From positions 288,001 through 352,000 of the forward strand of contig CAWEPZ010000002.1 of the NCBI GenBank assembly GCA_963811105.1: a stretch of 64,000 bases of DNA. The letters run 5' to 3'. Position 1 is the stretch's first letter. Each line of letters begins with the position of its first letter. Below the pieces are notes generated by a model that had not been told where the DNA came from, did no database searches, and was given only the letters and a program-made list of their open reading frames with translations. Source of the stretch: Candidatus Bathyarchaeota archaeon (GTDB taxonomy: Archaea > Thermoproteota > Bathyarchaeia > Bathyarchaeales > Bathycorpusculaceae). The position numbers were made by a program, and so were the translations under genes. Of this stretch, positions 49,748 through 60,559 are shown piece after piece.

Positions 49748-51109
49748 TTGGAAAAATTTGACGCCATAGTTGTAGGAGCGGGAACAGCAGGATGCTTAGC
49801 AGGAAAAACCATCGCTGAATTAGGACTAAAAGTCTGCATCGTAGAAAAGAAAAAACGTGAGGAGATAGGAGAAAAAATCTGCGGTGACGCTCTTGGAGAG
49901 CACCACCTTAAATTCCTCGGGCTAGAGAAACCAACAGGAGGCGAGTTGGAAGCAAAAATCGACGGCATAAAAATTTACTCCCCTGATGAAAACACTATTT
50001 TTACCATCGCAGACAAAGACTTCGTAGGCTACTTGCTTAACAGGCGGCTGTTTGGGCAATGGTTGCTTAAAAAAGCCACTGACAAAGGCGCACTCCTGCA
50101 AGACTGCATGAATTTTCGTTCACCTATTATCGAAAAAGGCGCAGTGACAGGAGTAACAGCCAAAAACATGAAAACAGGCAAGACACTTGAGCTTCGTAGC
50201 AAAGTTGTCGTTGACGCTACGGGCTATTTCGGAATGGTACGTAAACAACTTCCCACTGAGATGGGTATAGACCGAGAAATAGCAAACGAAGACGTTGAAG
50301 CTTGCTACAGAGAAATCCGCCAACTCAAACAAGAAACCGAAAACACCCGCTTCTGCGAAATCTACCTCAACCAAAAAGCTTCACCCGGCGGTTACATATG
50401 GATTTTCCCGAAAGGCGGCGCCAGAGTCAACGTTGGCATAGGCACATGCATGCGCGAAAATTATCCAAATCCCAAAACACAACTCTACGAAACAGCCTTT
50501 AAGAAACCTATCTTTAATGACTCTTTGGTTCTAAATGCGGGTTCATGGTTCGATCCTGTCAGAAGACCCTTAGACAACATGGTTTCAAACGGTATCGTAT
50601 TGGTCGGCGACGCCGCTTCGTTGGTTAACCCAATTCACGGCGGCGGCATCGGGCCTTCAATGCTAAGCGGTTACCTAGCAGGACAGCAAATCGTTGAAGC
50701 TTTGGGCAAGGGTGAACCAACCAAAGAGTATCTGTGGGGCTACAATAAGAAATACATCGACACTTATGGGAAGAAACAAGGAACCTTAGATATTTTCAAA
50801 ATGTTCCTCTTATCCTGTAGCGACGAAGACCTTAATTATGGCATGAACGAGAAACTCATGACTGAAGATGACGTGCTTAAAGCTGGTATGGGAGACGACT
50901 TCCACTTAAACATCACGGAAACCGCCAAACGGGTCTTTCGAGGCATACGGCGCATAGGATTTCTCAAAAAGCTTCGCTTGACCGTGACTATGATGCGCGA
51001 ACTTAGCGCACACTACAATTCTTACCCCACCTTGCCAAGAAATTTTGAGCCATGGCGCCTGCAAACCGTAAAGTTGATTGATGACGCTAGAGGAAAACTC
51101 GTAAAATAG
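49748..51109 (+). CDS. Geranylgeranyl reductase family (DGGGPL reductase-like)
   Basis: VVGAG.AG, K.CG, PGGY.WIFP, VGDAA..VNPIHGGGI. Confidence 0.9.
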   Translation: MEKFDAIVVGAGTAGCLAGKTIAELGLKVCIVEKKKREEIGEKICGDALGEHHLKFLGLEKPTGGELEAKIDGIKIYSPDENTIFTIADKDFVGYLLNRRLFGQWLLKKATDKGALLQDCMNFRSPIIEKGAVTGVTAKNMKTGKTLELRSKVVVDATGYFGMVRKQLPTEMGIDREIANEDVEACYREIRQLKQETENTRFCEIYLNQKASPGGYIWIFPKGGARVNVGIGTCMRENYPNPKTQLYETAFKKPIFNDSLVLNAGSWFDPVRRPLDNMVSNGIVLVGDAASLVNPIHGGGIGPSMLSGYLAGQQIVEALGKGEPTKEYLWGYNKKYIDTYGKKQGTLDIFKMFLLSCSDEDLNYGMNEKLMTEDDVLKAGMGDDFHLNITETAKRVFRGIRRIGFLKKLRLTVTMMRELSAHYNSYPTLPRNFEPWRLQTVKLIDDARGKLVK

Positions 51110-51221
51110 GTGAGAGCGGTTTTTTCCTCCATTACTTTTTTGTTTTTGCACTTTGTATTGTCAGGACCTCGTGGTAAAGGCTTAAATTTGAATTGTCTTA
51201 TGCATATTTACTGGTGAAAAA

Positions 51222-51572
51222 ATGGCTTACTGTTCAAATTGCGGTGCAAGAATCGAAGATAACGCTTATTTTTGCCCAAATTGTGGCACTAAAACAGATA
51301 AAGGTAAAGCTGCAAAAGCGGTTTATCCGGCTGATGAGTTGCGGGATGCTTTTTATAAAGTGGGAATCGAGCTTGAACGCGCATTCAATATAGCAGCACG
51401 CGAGACACATTCAGCTATCCAGAGGGCACGAGAAAACATTCAACAAAAAACTACACAGCAACAAAATATCACTTGCTCCAAATGCTCAACAAAGAACCCG
51501 TATGGCTCGATTTTCTGTCATAACTGCGGCACGAGGCTAGCTCCTGTTGAAGAGTCACAAGGTAGCACATAG
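51222..51572 (+). CDS. Double zinc-ribbon protein
   Basis: CSNCG..FCPNCG and CSKC..FCHNCG. Confidence 0.88.
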   Translation: MAYCSNCGARIEDNAYFCPNCGTKTDKGKAAKAVYPADELRDAFYKVGIELERAFNIAARETHSAIQRARENIQQKTTQQQNITCSKCSTKNPYGSIFCHNCGTRLAPVEESQGST

Positions 51573-51574
51573 AA

Positions 51575-52045
51575 ATGGGCGCAAAGACACTTGTAGTCTA
51601 CGAAACGAAGGGCGGGGCCACAGAAGAGTCGGCTAAAAAAATTGCTGATGTTTTGTGTTCTATGTTCCAGTTGGACACTGATTTAATTGATCTCTCAGAG
51701 CAAAAAGTCAGCACTCTATCCGAATACAGCAATGTGTTCGTTGGAGCTGGCGTAAGGGCTGGGAGAGTATACAGCAAAGCGTTAAAGTTTCTTGAAAACG
51801 ATTTTACTGGCAAGAAGGTGGCTTTTTTCGTTTCCTGCGGTCAAGGAGGAGACCCTGAGAAGTGCGAAGCGGCGAAAGTGAGATTTGCAGTAGAAACCTT
51901 AGCACGCTATCCTAATATTAACGCTGTAGCTTGTGCAGCTTTTGGCGGACACATGAAAATCCTTGGGAGAAAAATTTTTGACAATCTCGACTTAGCTAAG
52001 GTAGAGGATTGGGCAGAAGAACTTGGGAAAAAATTCACCCAATAA
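51575..52045 (+). CDS. Flavodoxin-domain protein (HemG/Flavodoxin_5-like)
   Basis: VYETKGGAT...A..IA, KKVAFF, AFGG. Confidence 0.85.
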   Translation: MGAKTLVVYETKGGATEESAKKIADVLCSMFQLDTDLIDLSEQKVSTLSEYSNVFVGAGVRAGRVYSKALKFLENDFTGKKVAFFVSCGQGGDPEKCEAAKVRFAVETLARYPNINAVACAAFGGHMKILGRKIFDNLDLAKVEDWAEELGKKFTQ

Positions 52046-52250
52046 ACAAGAATGCACCAAGGCTAATGCTTTGCTTTGTCCGACTTGTTGTGTTGAATAC
52101 GTTGAAGTTGAGTTTGTCTGCGAGATTGAAGGCTGTATTTTGCCTAAAGTCAAGGCGCTTAGGTGCCCGTCGTGTGAAGAAGAAGTGTTTACAGCGGAAC
52201 AACAGGAAGTTGTCAGCAAACGAATCAGCTACTGTACACAAAGTACTTGA
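52023..52250 (+). CDS. Small YgiT/MqsA-type zinc-ribbon protein
   Basis: CPTC...V.ALRCPSCEEEVFT.EQ. Confidence 0.65.
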   Translation: MGKNSPNKQECTKANALLCPTCCVEYVEVEFVCEIEGCILPKVKALRCPSCEEEVFTAEQQEVVSKRISYCTQST

Positions 52251-52562
52251 CTGTCCCTGATCACAATTACAGTGATTTCTTGTTTTGTTTTGTGAATCCT
52301 GAATTTTTATGCTATGTTTTTTAATTCAAAGTACCGGGTCCAAATATTTCAAAAATCACTAAACTGTTAGATGCTATTCAAGATGAAACATATTTTGAAA
52401 AGTTTAATGAGAAGACTTTCTAAGCTTAGTGTTTAGCGAAATTTCCTATCCTAAATAATTTAAGGTAAAAAGCAAAAACGGTTATTAACAAGGAAACAAG
52501 ATACGCATACGCAGAGTTATTGAAAACAAAAAACTGAGATGGCGTATTTGGGCGGAAGATAT

Positions 52563-53495
52563 ATGAAAAACTTTACAAAAATTTCGTTTATTCTGCTGAC
52601 TGCGTTGATATTAGTTTCAACTCTAAGCGTATTAGTGGGGTCAGCAAAAGCAGCTGGAAATCTAAGTTGCCAAGCATCCATCTCAAGCAGCAATCCTGGT
52701 GTTACAGAAGCTGCCTCATACAAATTCATAATTAATAACACGGGTGCAGCCACAATAGGCGACTTAAACATAACAGTTCCATCAGGCTATACGAACATCA
52801 AGAATCTTGCTATAACCCAACAGCCAGCTTCACAAACATGGACAATTAACAAGTCAGACAATTACGTTCTTCTTTATGGATCTAGTGAAGGATTAAGCAC
52901 TGGACAGAGCCTTTCATTCGGTTTTGATGCGCAAAACCCCCGTATAGCGGGAAACTATAAGTGGACAATTGGAGCTAACAAAAGCACTAGTTCAGATGGA
53001 CTTAATATTCCAGCATTCACGTTAGATGTTAATTATACCATTTCTATTACCACAATTATAGCTGCAATTATTATTTTTGGCATCGCAGCAAGTATTGCGT
53101 TTCTAAATACTGGATTGAACCGTTTTTTAATTAATTACTTTGTGGGTTGGGAGCAATACCGTGTTATGCAGAAAGAAATGAATGAGTATCGTAGGGAAAC
53201 AATGGCTGCTATGCGAGCTAATGACAAGAAGCAAGTTGAGAAATTAAAGAAGAAGGAATCTCAAGTTAAGAATATGCAAGCAAAGATGCTAAAACCCCAA
53301 ATGGTTCAGTTCGGCATATCATTCCTCTACATCTTTGTCTGGTTTTTCGTACTAACACCAGTATTCGGGATAACATCTTTGGTTTATGTGCCCGGATTTG
53401 GTGCTGTCCCGGTGATTTACTGGTACCCAATTTGCTCGTTCGGTTTAGGTTTACTTGCATCTCGTATACTGGGAATCATGCCTATCGAAAACTAA
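52563..53495 (+). CDS. DUF106/EMC3-TMCO1 (Oxa1 superfamily) protein with N-terminal extracellular beta-sandwich domain
   Basis: Signal peptide + ~130 aa S/T/N-rich beta domain; then TM, coiled coil QKEMNEY..AMRANDKKQVEKLKK, KPQM, 2 TMs with WY..CSF; upstream of cmk. Confidence 0.8.
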   Translation: MKNFTKISFILLTALILVSTLSVLVGSAKAAGNLSCQASISSSNPGVTEAASYKFIINNTGAATIGDLNITVPSGYTNIKNLAITQQPASQTWTINKSDNYVLLYGSSEGLSTGQSLSFGFDAQNPRIAGNYKWTIGANKSTSSDGLNIPAFTLDVNYTISITTIIAAIIIFGIAASIAFLNTGLNRFLINYFVGWEQYRVMQKEMNEYRRETMAAMRANDKKQVEKLKKKESQVKNMQAKMLKPQMVQFGISFLYIFVWFFVLTPVFGITSLVYVPGFGAVPVIYWYPICSFGLGLLASRILGIMPIEN

Positions 53496-53517
53496 TTCAG
53501 AAATTATGGTGGCGCTA

Positions 53518-54132
53518 ATGGCTAAAAAGACAAATCTGTGCTTTTCAGACAAGAAAACCGTAATTTGTATTTCTGGAATGGCCGGAACTGGAAAAAGTAC
53601 GTTGTCAAAGAAACTTGCCCATAAATATAACCTAAAGTGTTATTCAGGCGGCGATGCGCTTAAGGAACTGGCAAAGGCAGAAGGTTATGACATGTCACAC
53701 GAAGGTTGGTGGGAGAGCCCTGAAGGTTTAGGCTTTCTTAAAGAAAGATTAAGTGACCCTAAATTTGACAAGGTAGTAGATGCCAAGCTACTTGAATACG
53801 CACAGCAGGGGAATGTTCTTTTAGACAGTTGGACCATGCCGTGGTTGCTTAAGGAGGGCTTTAAAATTTGGCTGATGGCTTCAATTGAAAAGAGAGCAGC
53901 AAGAGTAGCCGAGCGTGATAGAATAAGTGTTGATGAAGCATTCAAGGTATTGGAAGAGAAAGAAGCTAGGACAAAAGCAATTTACAAGAACCTTTACGGT
54001 TTTGATTTAGGTGAGGATCTTACGCCATTTGATTTGGTTTTGGACACCGATAATTTGAGTGCTCAAGAGGTTTTCGAGGTTCTTTGCAGAGTAATAGGTA
54101 ACGTAGTTTTTCCAGCTCCTAGGCCTGATTAA
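53518..54132 (+). CDS. cmk: Archaeal cytidylate kinase
   Basis: ISGMAGTGKST, SGG, KIWL.AS.E.RA.RVAERD, Y...YG.D, FDLVLDT. Confidence 0.9.
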   Translation: MAKKTNLCFSDKKTVICISGMAGTGKSTLSKKLAHKYNLKCYSGGDALKELAKAEGYDMSHEGWWESPEGLGFLKERLSDPKFDKVVDAKLLEYAQQGNVLLDSWTMPWLLKEGFKIWLMASIEKRAARVAERDRISVDEAFKVLEEKEARTKAIYKNLYGFDLGEDLTPFDLVLDTDNLSAQEVFEVLCRVIGNVVFPAPRPD

Positions 54133-54239
54133 ATAGAACTTTTCCCTATCACATAATTCCATAGAACTTATTACTCTAAATAGACACATTTAGAAACTCT
54201 TCTTTAGCAAAATGCAGCTTAATGGGCGAAAGAGGAACC

Positions 54240-54500
54240 GTGAATGAAAAACTCAATATTAAATTGCTTAGCTACACTCCTGTTGCTAACAGTAGGCAGC
54301 ATAATGCGATAGAAAATATATGTACACTTGTTGTCACAGCTTTAATAACGCTTTTAACAATTATGCTTCTTTTTTGCCAGCAATTGTAGAACTAAGAAAA
54401 ACCGATCGACGCAGGTCCACGTTTAATATATGAGGCTGTGAAGCAGAATTGGATAGGAGCTTTGACAAATCCACTATTCGACATCGATGCTGAATTATAA
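54240..54500 (+). pseudogene. Small membrane protein broken at a T6 run
   Basis: TM ...ALITLLTIMLLF, shift at 54370-54375 to LPAIVELRKPIDAGPRLI... Confidence 0.4.
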
Positions 54501-54561
54501 CTTGTGTCTCTATTGACTTTGAATGTTTTCGGCTGGTTAGTTTTCTTTCGAATTTGGAGGC

Positions 54562-55602
54562 TTAGTTTCTTTTAAAGAGTAAGTTGGCGTTTTTCCATTG
54601 ATCTATTGCCAATGATAAATGCCCGTATGAACTTCCTTGAACAGAATAGAAAACGTAACATAGATAGCAGCATTGGGTACATTCATGATAGACTTTGCGT
54701 AGATCTTTGAATTCATTGCTGCCCCATTGTTTGGGCAAATCAAATACTGAGCCTGCGAAGTTGTGGCTGTGACATCCTGCAACTCTGCCTAAATGGTCTA
54801 TGACTAAAAAGTTATTTAGTGCTTGGCATTTCCATGTTCTCTCATCTTTTTCATAAAGGCTTTTTATTGTTTTTAGAAGTTTGTTGGTCATTAAGATTTT
54901 TTTATTCTTCTTTTTCATTTCTATGAGCGAATTGCATAGTTTAACCATGGCTTGTTTATCTGTTATCATGAAATCATCATTTTGTTTTCCAATTCTGAAG
55001 AGTTGTTTTTGGTCCTTGGAAGTGTCAAATGAGTAAAGGCAATACCAAACGGGAATTTCTTTTTCAGTGAAATAGTTTGTTAAGTCAACAATTTCATACA
55101 GGTTTTTCTGCGAAATTGTGGGCGTGACACTGACGTTTATTCCCTCTTTGTGAAGCGTTTCTACAGTTGCCATTGCTTTTCTCCAAGCCCCAGGGACAGC
55201 TTTTATTGCATCATTTTTTGCTTCGTTTAGGCTGTCTATTGAGATTGCTACGAAATCTACGTTTCTAAGGCAATCGATTTTTTTTGCAGCCATGCTTCCA
55301 TTGTCGTAAACGGTTGTTAGGAAAAGTTTTGTGGCATGATCAATAATTTCGTCGATGTCATCCCTAAGTAGCGGGTCTCCGCCTGAAAGTACAAGCTCAA
55401 TTATTCCCAAATCTTTCAGGATGTTTAGTCCTTTTTTTATTTCTTCGGCTGTTAGTTCTTTCTCGTCTTGTTCTTTCCATACGTTGCAACCTGCACAGCG
55501 GTAATTGCATTTTCTTGTTAGTAACCATTGAGCGTGGTGAGGCTTGCCGGGAACCATAGAGCGTGTTGCTATAGAAGTCGCTTTCTTGATGCTTGTCGTC
55601 AA
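54562..55602 (-). CDS. Radical SAM protein with SPASM/twitch-like C-terminus
   Basis: CNYRCAGC, SGGDPLLR, ISIDS, C..L...ID..G.V.GC, CTQC..LC. Confidence 0.92.
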   Translation of the reverse strand: MTTSIKKATSIATRSMVPGKPHHAQWLLTRKCNYRCAGCNVWKEQDEKELTAEEIKKGLNILKDLGIIELVLSGGDPLLRDDIDEIIDHATKLFLTTVYDNGSMAAKKIDCLRNVDFVAISIDSLNEAKNDAIKAVPGAWRKAMATVETLHKEGINVSVTPTISQKNLYEIVDLTNYFTEKEIPVWYCLYSFDTSKDQKQLFRIGKQNDDFMITDKQAMVKLCNSLIEMKKKNKKILMTNKLLKTIKSLYEKDERTWKCQALNNFLVIDHLGRVAGCHSHNFAGSVFDLPKQWGSNEFKDLRKVYHECTQCCYLCYVFYSVQGSSYGHLSLAIDQWKNANLLFKRN

Positions 55603-55747
55603 ATAAGTGTCACTAGCCGCCTAAAGTTGGTATTACTATTTTTGATTAGAACTATAAAAACCATATTGGCGTTCAAGCACTATTTTCCTGCACCCGGAGC
55701 TTCAAGTCTTATCAGAAACTGTTTAGATGTAGAGTTCTTCAAACAAT

Positions 55748-56755
55748 TTAGCGGCTTAATGCATTCCATAGGTGGTCTGATACGGGTCTTGGCAGCATCT
55801 CCGCCGAGTCATCTTTATGCATCAATAAACGTTTGTTTGAGTTAGAGTTGAATTCGCCGATAACGTCAGCGTAAATGTGTTGTTGGCATAAGCTTTCAAC
55901 AATTCTGTCTGCTGACTCTGGCTGTGCGGCAACAAGCAGTGCGCCTGAACTGATCAGTTGCAATGGATCTATTTCATAGTACCGGCAGATTTTAGCGGTT
56001 TCAGGTTCAATTGTTATTCTTTCTTCAAAAATACGGATGCCTAAGCCTGCGGCGTCTGCCATTTCGTGTATGCCGTTCAGGATTCCTCCTTCAGTTGGGT
56101 CATGCATGGCATGGACTCCACCAGCCTTGTAAGCTGTTAAGGCATCTTTTACTACGCTTATCTGGTTGTAGAATAGTTTGGCGCTGCCAAGTAGGGTTGG
56201 GTCAAAAACCTTTTTCAGTTGCTCTTCCCGGTCAGTTGCTAATATGGCTGTGCCCTCGATCCCTGCGCTTTTGGTTAGAATCAGTTTATCACCACTTTTT
56301 GCTCCTGCAGCGGTGACGTATTTGCCTTTTTCTGTTAAGCCCATGACGCAGCCAACGACAATTGGGTTAGCAAGCCCCGGCGTTGACTCGCAGTGTCCAC
56401 CAACAATGGCTATTCCGAGTTCTTTTGCAGCCGAGTGCATCTGGGTGCTTATTATTTCAACGATTTTGCTGTCTGCGTTCTCTGGCAAAAGCAAGCATGA
56501 AAAGAAAAATGCTGGTTCAACCCCGAAAGTAGCCACATCATTAGCGTTTATATTGATTGCTTCCCAACCGATGCGTTCAACTGCCCCTGTGATGGGGTCC
56601 ATTGAAACGATTGCGTTTTTATTTCCAACATCAAGTACTGCGCCATCTACTCCGGCAGTTGGACCTACGATAATTTCGCTGCGTTCGGCTCCGAGATTTT
56701 TGAAAACTACTTCTTTGAGGATGTCTATGGGAATTTTTCCAGGCGGAAGCTTCAT
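55748..56755 (-). CDS. AIR synthase-related (PurM/HypE/ThiL superfamily) protein
   Basis: DPITGA, NANDVA, GGHCE, K.AG.EGTAILA, MHDPTEGG. Confidence 0.9.
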   Translation of the reverse strand: MKLPPGKIPIDILKEVVFKNLGAERSEIIVGPTAGVDGAVLDVGNKNAIVSMDPITGAVERIGWEAININANDVATFGVEPAFFFSCLLLPENADSKIVEIISTQMHSAAKELGIAIVGGHCESTPGLANPIVVGCVMGLTEKGKYVTAAGAKSGDKLILTKSAGIEGTAILATDREEQLKKVFDPTLLGSAKLFYNQISVVKDALTAYKAGGVHAMHDPTEGGILNGIHEMADAAGLGIRIFEERITIEPETAKICRYYEIDPLQLISSGALLVAAQPESADRIVESLCQQHIYADVIGEFNSNSNKRLLMHKDDSAEMLPRPVSDHLWNALSR

Positions 56756-56774
56756 AGCTATTTCTCTGTGTAGT

Positions 56775-57326
56775 CTAGCTTTTAAGGTGTTGACTATTTT
56801 TCTTGTTTAAACCTATCCAGGTTTCTGGGAATCTTCTGCGTAAAATTATGGCGACTGTTATTCCAACTATCCCGCCAACAGCTATTTGCAGTATGTTTGC
56901 GGGCACTTCCGAAAGTGCTACCCATCCTTCAGATAGTCCGAAGAATTCTGCTAGGAAGTATCCGCTCACCATTTCTGTTCCTCCTATAATGACGGCGACG
57001 ATGTCTCTTCTTTTGCTAAGTCTGTTGGATATCAAGCCTGCGATGATTCCTTCAGCCCCCTTAATTATGAGCGTAAATGGTGAAAAATATGCGTATCCTG
57101 TGAGAATATCGGAAAGAGCGGACCCGACTCCTCCTGCGAATCCGCCGACAAGTGGGCCGAGGGTAAAGGCGCTTATGAAAATTATGATATCGCCAAAGTT
57201 AAGATACCCTCTTGTGGCTGGAATGTAGATTTGGACTAAGGCGGTGGCGACTGTTGTTAGGGATGCCATTATTCCAGCTTGTGCAATTAGGAGGGTTATT
57301 CTCTGTCCATCATTTTTGTTTTGCAT
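56775..57326 (-). CDS. ECF transporter S component (group II)
   Basis: GYLNFGD, GGVGSALSD, PFTLIIKG.EG, MV.GYF. Confidence 0.9.
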   Translation of the reverse strand: MQNKNDGQRITLLIAQAGIMASLTTVATALVQIYIPATRGYLNFGDIIIFISAFTLGPLVGGFAGGVGSALSDILTGYAYFSPFTLIIKGAEGIIAGLISNRLSKRRDIVAVIIGGTEMVSGYFLAEFFGLSEGWVALSEVPANILQIAVGGIVGITVAIILRRRFPETWIGLNKKNSQHLKS

Positions 57327-57504
57327 GTTTTCGTCCTATTTTTACGTCATAACTTGAATGTGAAGTGGGTCTTTTATGTTGTGCCGTTTCACTTATTGAG
57401 TTTGCTGGGTTGTTGTTTATGAGAATTTGGACATTAGGTTCTTGCTATAGGGGAAAATCTAAATGGGAGTTCACCACAAAATAGATACGAACAAAGTGAG
57501 AGTC

Positions 57505-57924
57505 ATGAGTACAAGTAACGTGAAGGAAGATCCAATTAAACTTCATAAACAAGCGATTTCGTTAATGGAAGACAGCAAGTATGAGGAGGCAAGAGACCTT
57601 TTTATCAAAACTGGTGAACTCTACTACAAAAGCCAGAATTATTTTGGTGCTGCAGAAATGTTCTACAAAGCCGGAGAAGCTGCTTTTGCCCTCAAAGACA
57701 ATGAGAAGGCTGCGGACCTCTTCATGAAATCCTCTGAAATATCGTTTAGCAAGGCCTTTGACAGATATGGCGTTAGCGCCTTAGAATATGCTAGGGACTG
57801 TTTCACAGCGCTTGGAAACCAAGAAAAAGTTGAAGAGCTAACTAAAAAGATTAAGGAAGTTAACCAGAAACTTAATGAAAGTTCAGGCAGCGACGAAGAC
57901 CAATCGTTCTCTGTATTTTCTTAA
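57505..57924 (+). CDS. TPR/alpha-SNAP-like helical repeat protein
   Basis: Repeats of A..LF.K.GE.Y....NY..AA; alternative start at 57463. Confidence 0.7.
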   Translation: MSTSNVKEDPIKLHKQAISLMEDSKYEEARDLFIKTGELYYKSQNYFGAAEMFYKAGEAAFALKDNEKAADLFMKSSEISFSKAFDRYGVSALEYARDCFTALGNQEKVEELTKKIKEVNQKLNESSGSDEDQSFSVFS

Positions 57925-58137
57925 TTCTTTTTTCTATTTGACAGATATGATTTATTTAGCGCAGCTTTAACTCCACTTTTAATTATTTGAGTGATGGAAA
58001 GTGAATAAAAGTGGAGGATGTCTGGGGTTCTTGCAAAAATCATGATAAAAACGGCAGTTTGCAGCTAGATTATCAGTGACTAATTAAATAAGCAACCGAA
58101 ACCCTATTTCTTTTAAAATAAGTTTCTTGGTTAATTC

Positions 58138-59834
58138 ATGTCTGCATTATTCAAGTCTCTCTCTGAACTTCTTGAAAAGATCGAAGCGACAACGAAACGA
58201 CTAGAAATAGTAGACTTAACCGCAAACTACCTAAAAACCCTCGCGTCCGACGAAATTGAGACGGCCGCAAACATGATGATTGGCCGGGCTTTCCCGAAAC
58301 ACAGTCAAAAGACGTTGGATGTAAGTTGGTCTACCCTTACCCGGGTTTTGGATCGGGTGAGCCAGTTTGAATGGGACAACTTCAGAGAAGCAATGGCATA
58401 CACAGGCGATATCGGTTCAGCAACCAAAGCAGTTCTTGAGCAATCCAAAGCAAAAAGGCAAACCCAATTGACCCAAAAACCCTTAACTATAACTGAAGTC
58501 AGGCGAGCACTCGAAGCAATCGCTCAAGCTTCAGGCGTAGGCTCAAGAACTAAGAAAGAACGCCTAATCACACAGCCTCTTCAGCCAAGCCACCCCAGTT
58601 GAGGCAAAATATCTGGTTAAAATCTTCACTGGCGAAATGCGAACGGGGCTGCAAGAAGGTTTGATGGAAAAAGCTGTTGCGAAAGCTTTCGATGTGACGC
58701 TAAACAGGGTTCAAAATGCTGGACATGGTTTTAGGCGATATTGGTGAGGTGGCTGGCGTGCTTCAAACTCAAGGGTTGAGTGGATTGGAGAAAGTTGGTT
58801 TTAGCGTTTTTAGACCCGTGAAGTTGATGCTTGCTCAAACAGCTCAAAGTATTTCTGAAGCGTTGGTTGAGCAAGGCGGCAAATCCGCATTTGAATTCAA
58901 ATATGATGGTTTTAGGGTTCAAATTCATAAGTTAAACGGCAGGGTAGAGATTTTTAGCAGAAGATTAAGTGACGTTACGGGTAGCTTGCCGGAAATTGTT
59001 GAAATTGTTAAAAGCAATATCAGAGCGGAGTCAATGATTGTTGAGGGTGAAGTTGTTGCTTTGGATAGTGCTGGTTTTCCAATGGCTTTTCAGCATTTGA
59101 TGCGACGGTTCAAGCGGGTCCGCGGTGTCACTGATATGGCGCAGCGCATCCCATTGACGCTTTACCTGTTTGATGTTCTCTACCTTAACTGTGAAAGCCT
59201 AATCACGCTGCCGTACACTGATCGAAGAAAAATCCTCGCAGAGAACGCCGGCGAAATCAGCTTAAGCAAACAAATAGTCCCCAACCTGCAGAACGAAGCC
59301 GAGAGTTTTCTTAAAGAGGCAATAGCTGCTGGACATGAAGGATTGATGGCAAAGAGACTTGATAGCCCCTACACTCCTGGACGACGAGGCAAGAAATGGT
59401 TGAAAATTAAGACAGTGCTCGAAACCTTAGACCTTGTCATTACTGCAGCCGAGTATGGTTACGGCAGGCGTAAAGGTTGGCTCTCCGATTACTATTTGGC
59501 GGCAAGAGATCCCAAGACAGGCGAGTTTCTGAATCTTGGGAAGACTTTCAAGGGTTTGACCGACGCCGAAATTATTGAGTTGACTAAAAAGCTTAAGGCT
59601 TCTGCGGTTGGGAGGGAGGGGGATCGTGTTGTGGTTATTCCTAAAATTGTGGTTGAAGTTACTTACAATGAGATTCAGAAAAGTCCCAAATACAAAAGCC
59701 ATATGGCGTTGAGGTTTGCGCGGATCACTCGGATCCGGGAAGATAAAACGCCTCAAGAAGCTGACACTATAAACAGAGTTAAAGAAATTTATGAGAGGCA
59801 GTTCAAAACTAAAGGAGATTTTTCCAAAATATAA
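58138..59834 (+). CDS. lig: ATP-dependent DNA ligase with two +1 frameshifts (~58573 and ~58723)
   Basis: EFKYDG, EGEVV, FDVLY, EGLMAK, WLKIK, LRFAR; bridging frame SLFSQATPVEAKYLVKIFTGEMRTG. Confidence 0.93.
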
Positions 59835-60559
59835 CCGTGCGCTTTGTTGGGTGTCAGTGACATTTTTCAACCTTGAACGCTTGCCGACGGCGACTACACA
59901 ATAAAATACTTCATGTTTCCAACAAAGACCTCTCTCTGATTTCGGCTTCTGAAGTCTTACCTTTCTTGATGCAGACTCCTATGTCTTCCGTATCTCTTGC
60001 GTTTAGTAATTACCCAGCCATATTTTTCATTTTTGACACTAGAATCGCTTCGTCGGACTGCCTGTGCCTGTTGGTGAATCCCAGCCTTTTTAGCAGTATA
60101 ACTTTGCACATTGTTACCCGTGGAATATGTATTGTTGCCAGATTTTATATCTCGAATAGCACCCGCCCTGATGCACGTAGTTATGAAAGGTTACTTATGA
60201 TTGAGGCGGAACCATGACCTACCCAGATTGCAATGTCTTCGATTCAAAAACTCTCAGGTTGCAGATATCGGTCCTGCGAAAGCTATTAAATTCTTCTGGT
60301 TAAAGAATTTTGAATTATAAGTGGCTTGTAGTTGTGTGAAATTTCTGTCGGTTTCTAAAATTCTGAAAAATGAATCCGGCTATGTTGCTTTCGGCTTTGC
60401 ATATCTTCTATAATTTGACAATTTCGCCTTGTTTTGAACACACTGTTCTATTTTAAAAAATTTTAAACAAAATACGCGGTAAATTTTCTTAGCTTTTAAG
60501 GAAAAGTCTCACCATGGTGTTAAAAAGAAAAAGGGGGATTAGATTTCCGTTTTGATTTA

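Noticed and set aside
59835-60300. ORF 59873-60217 and stop-riddled minus-strand fragments
   Set aside because: No recognisable motif; may be a decayed gene but cannot be supported
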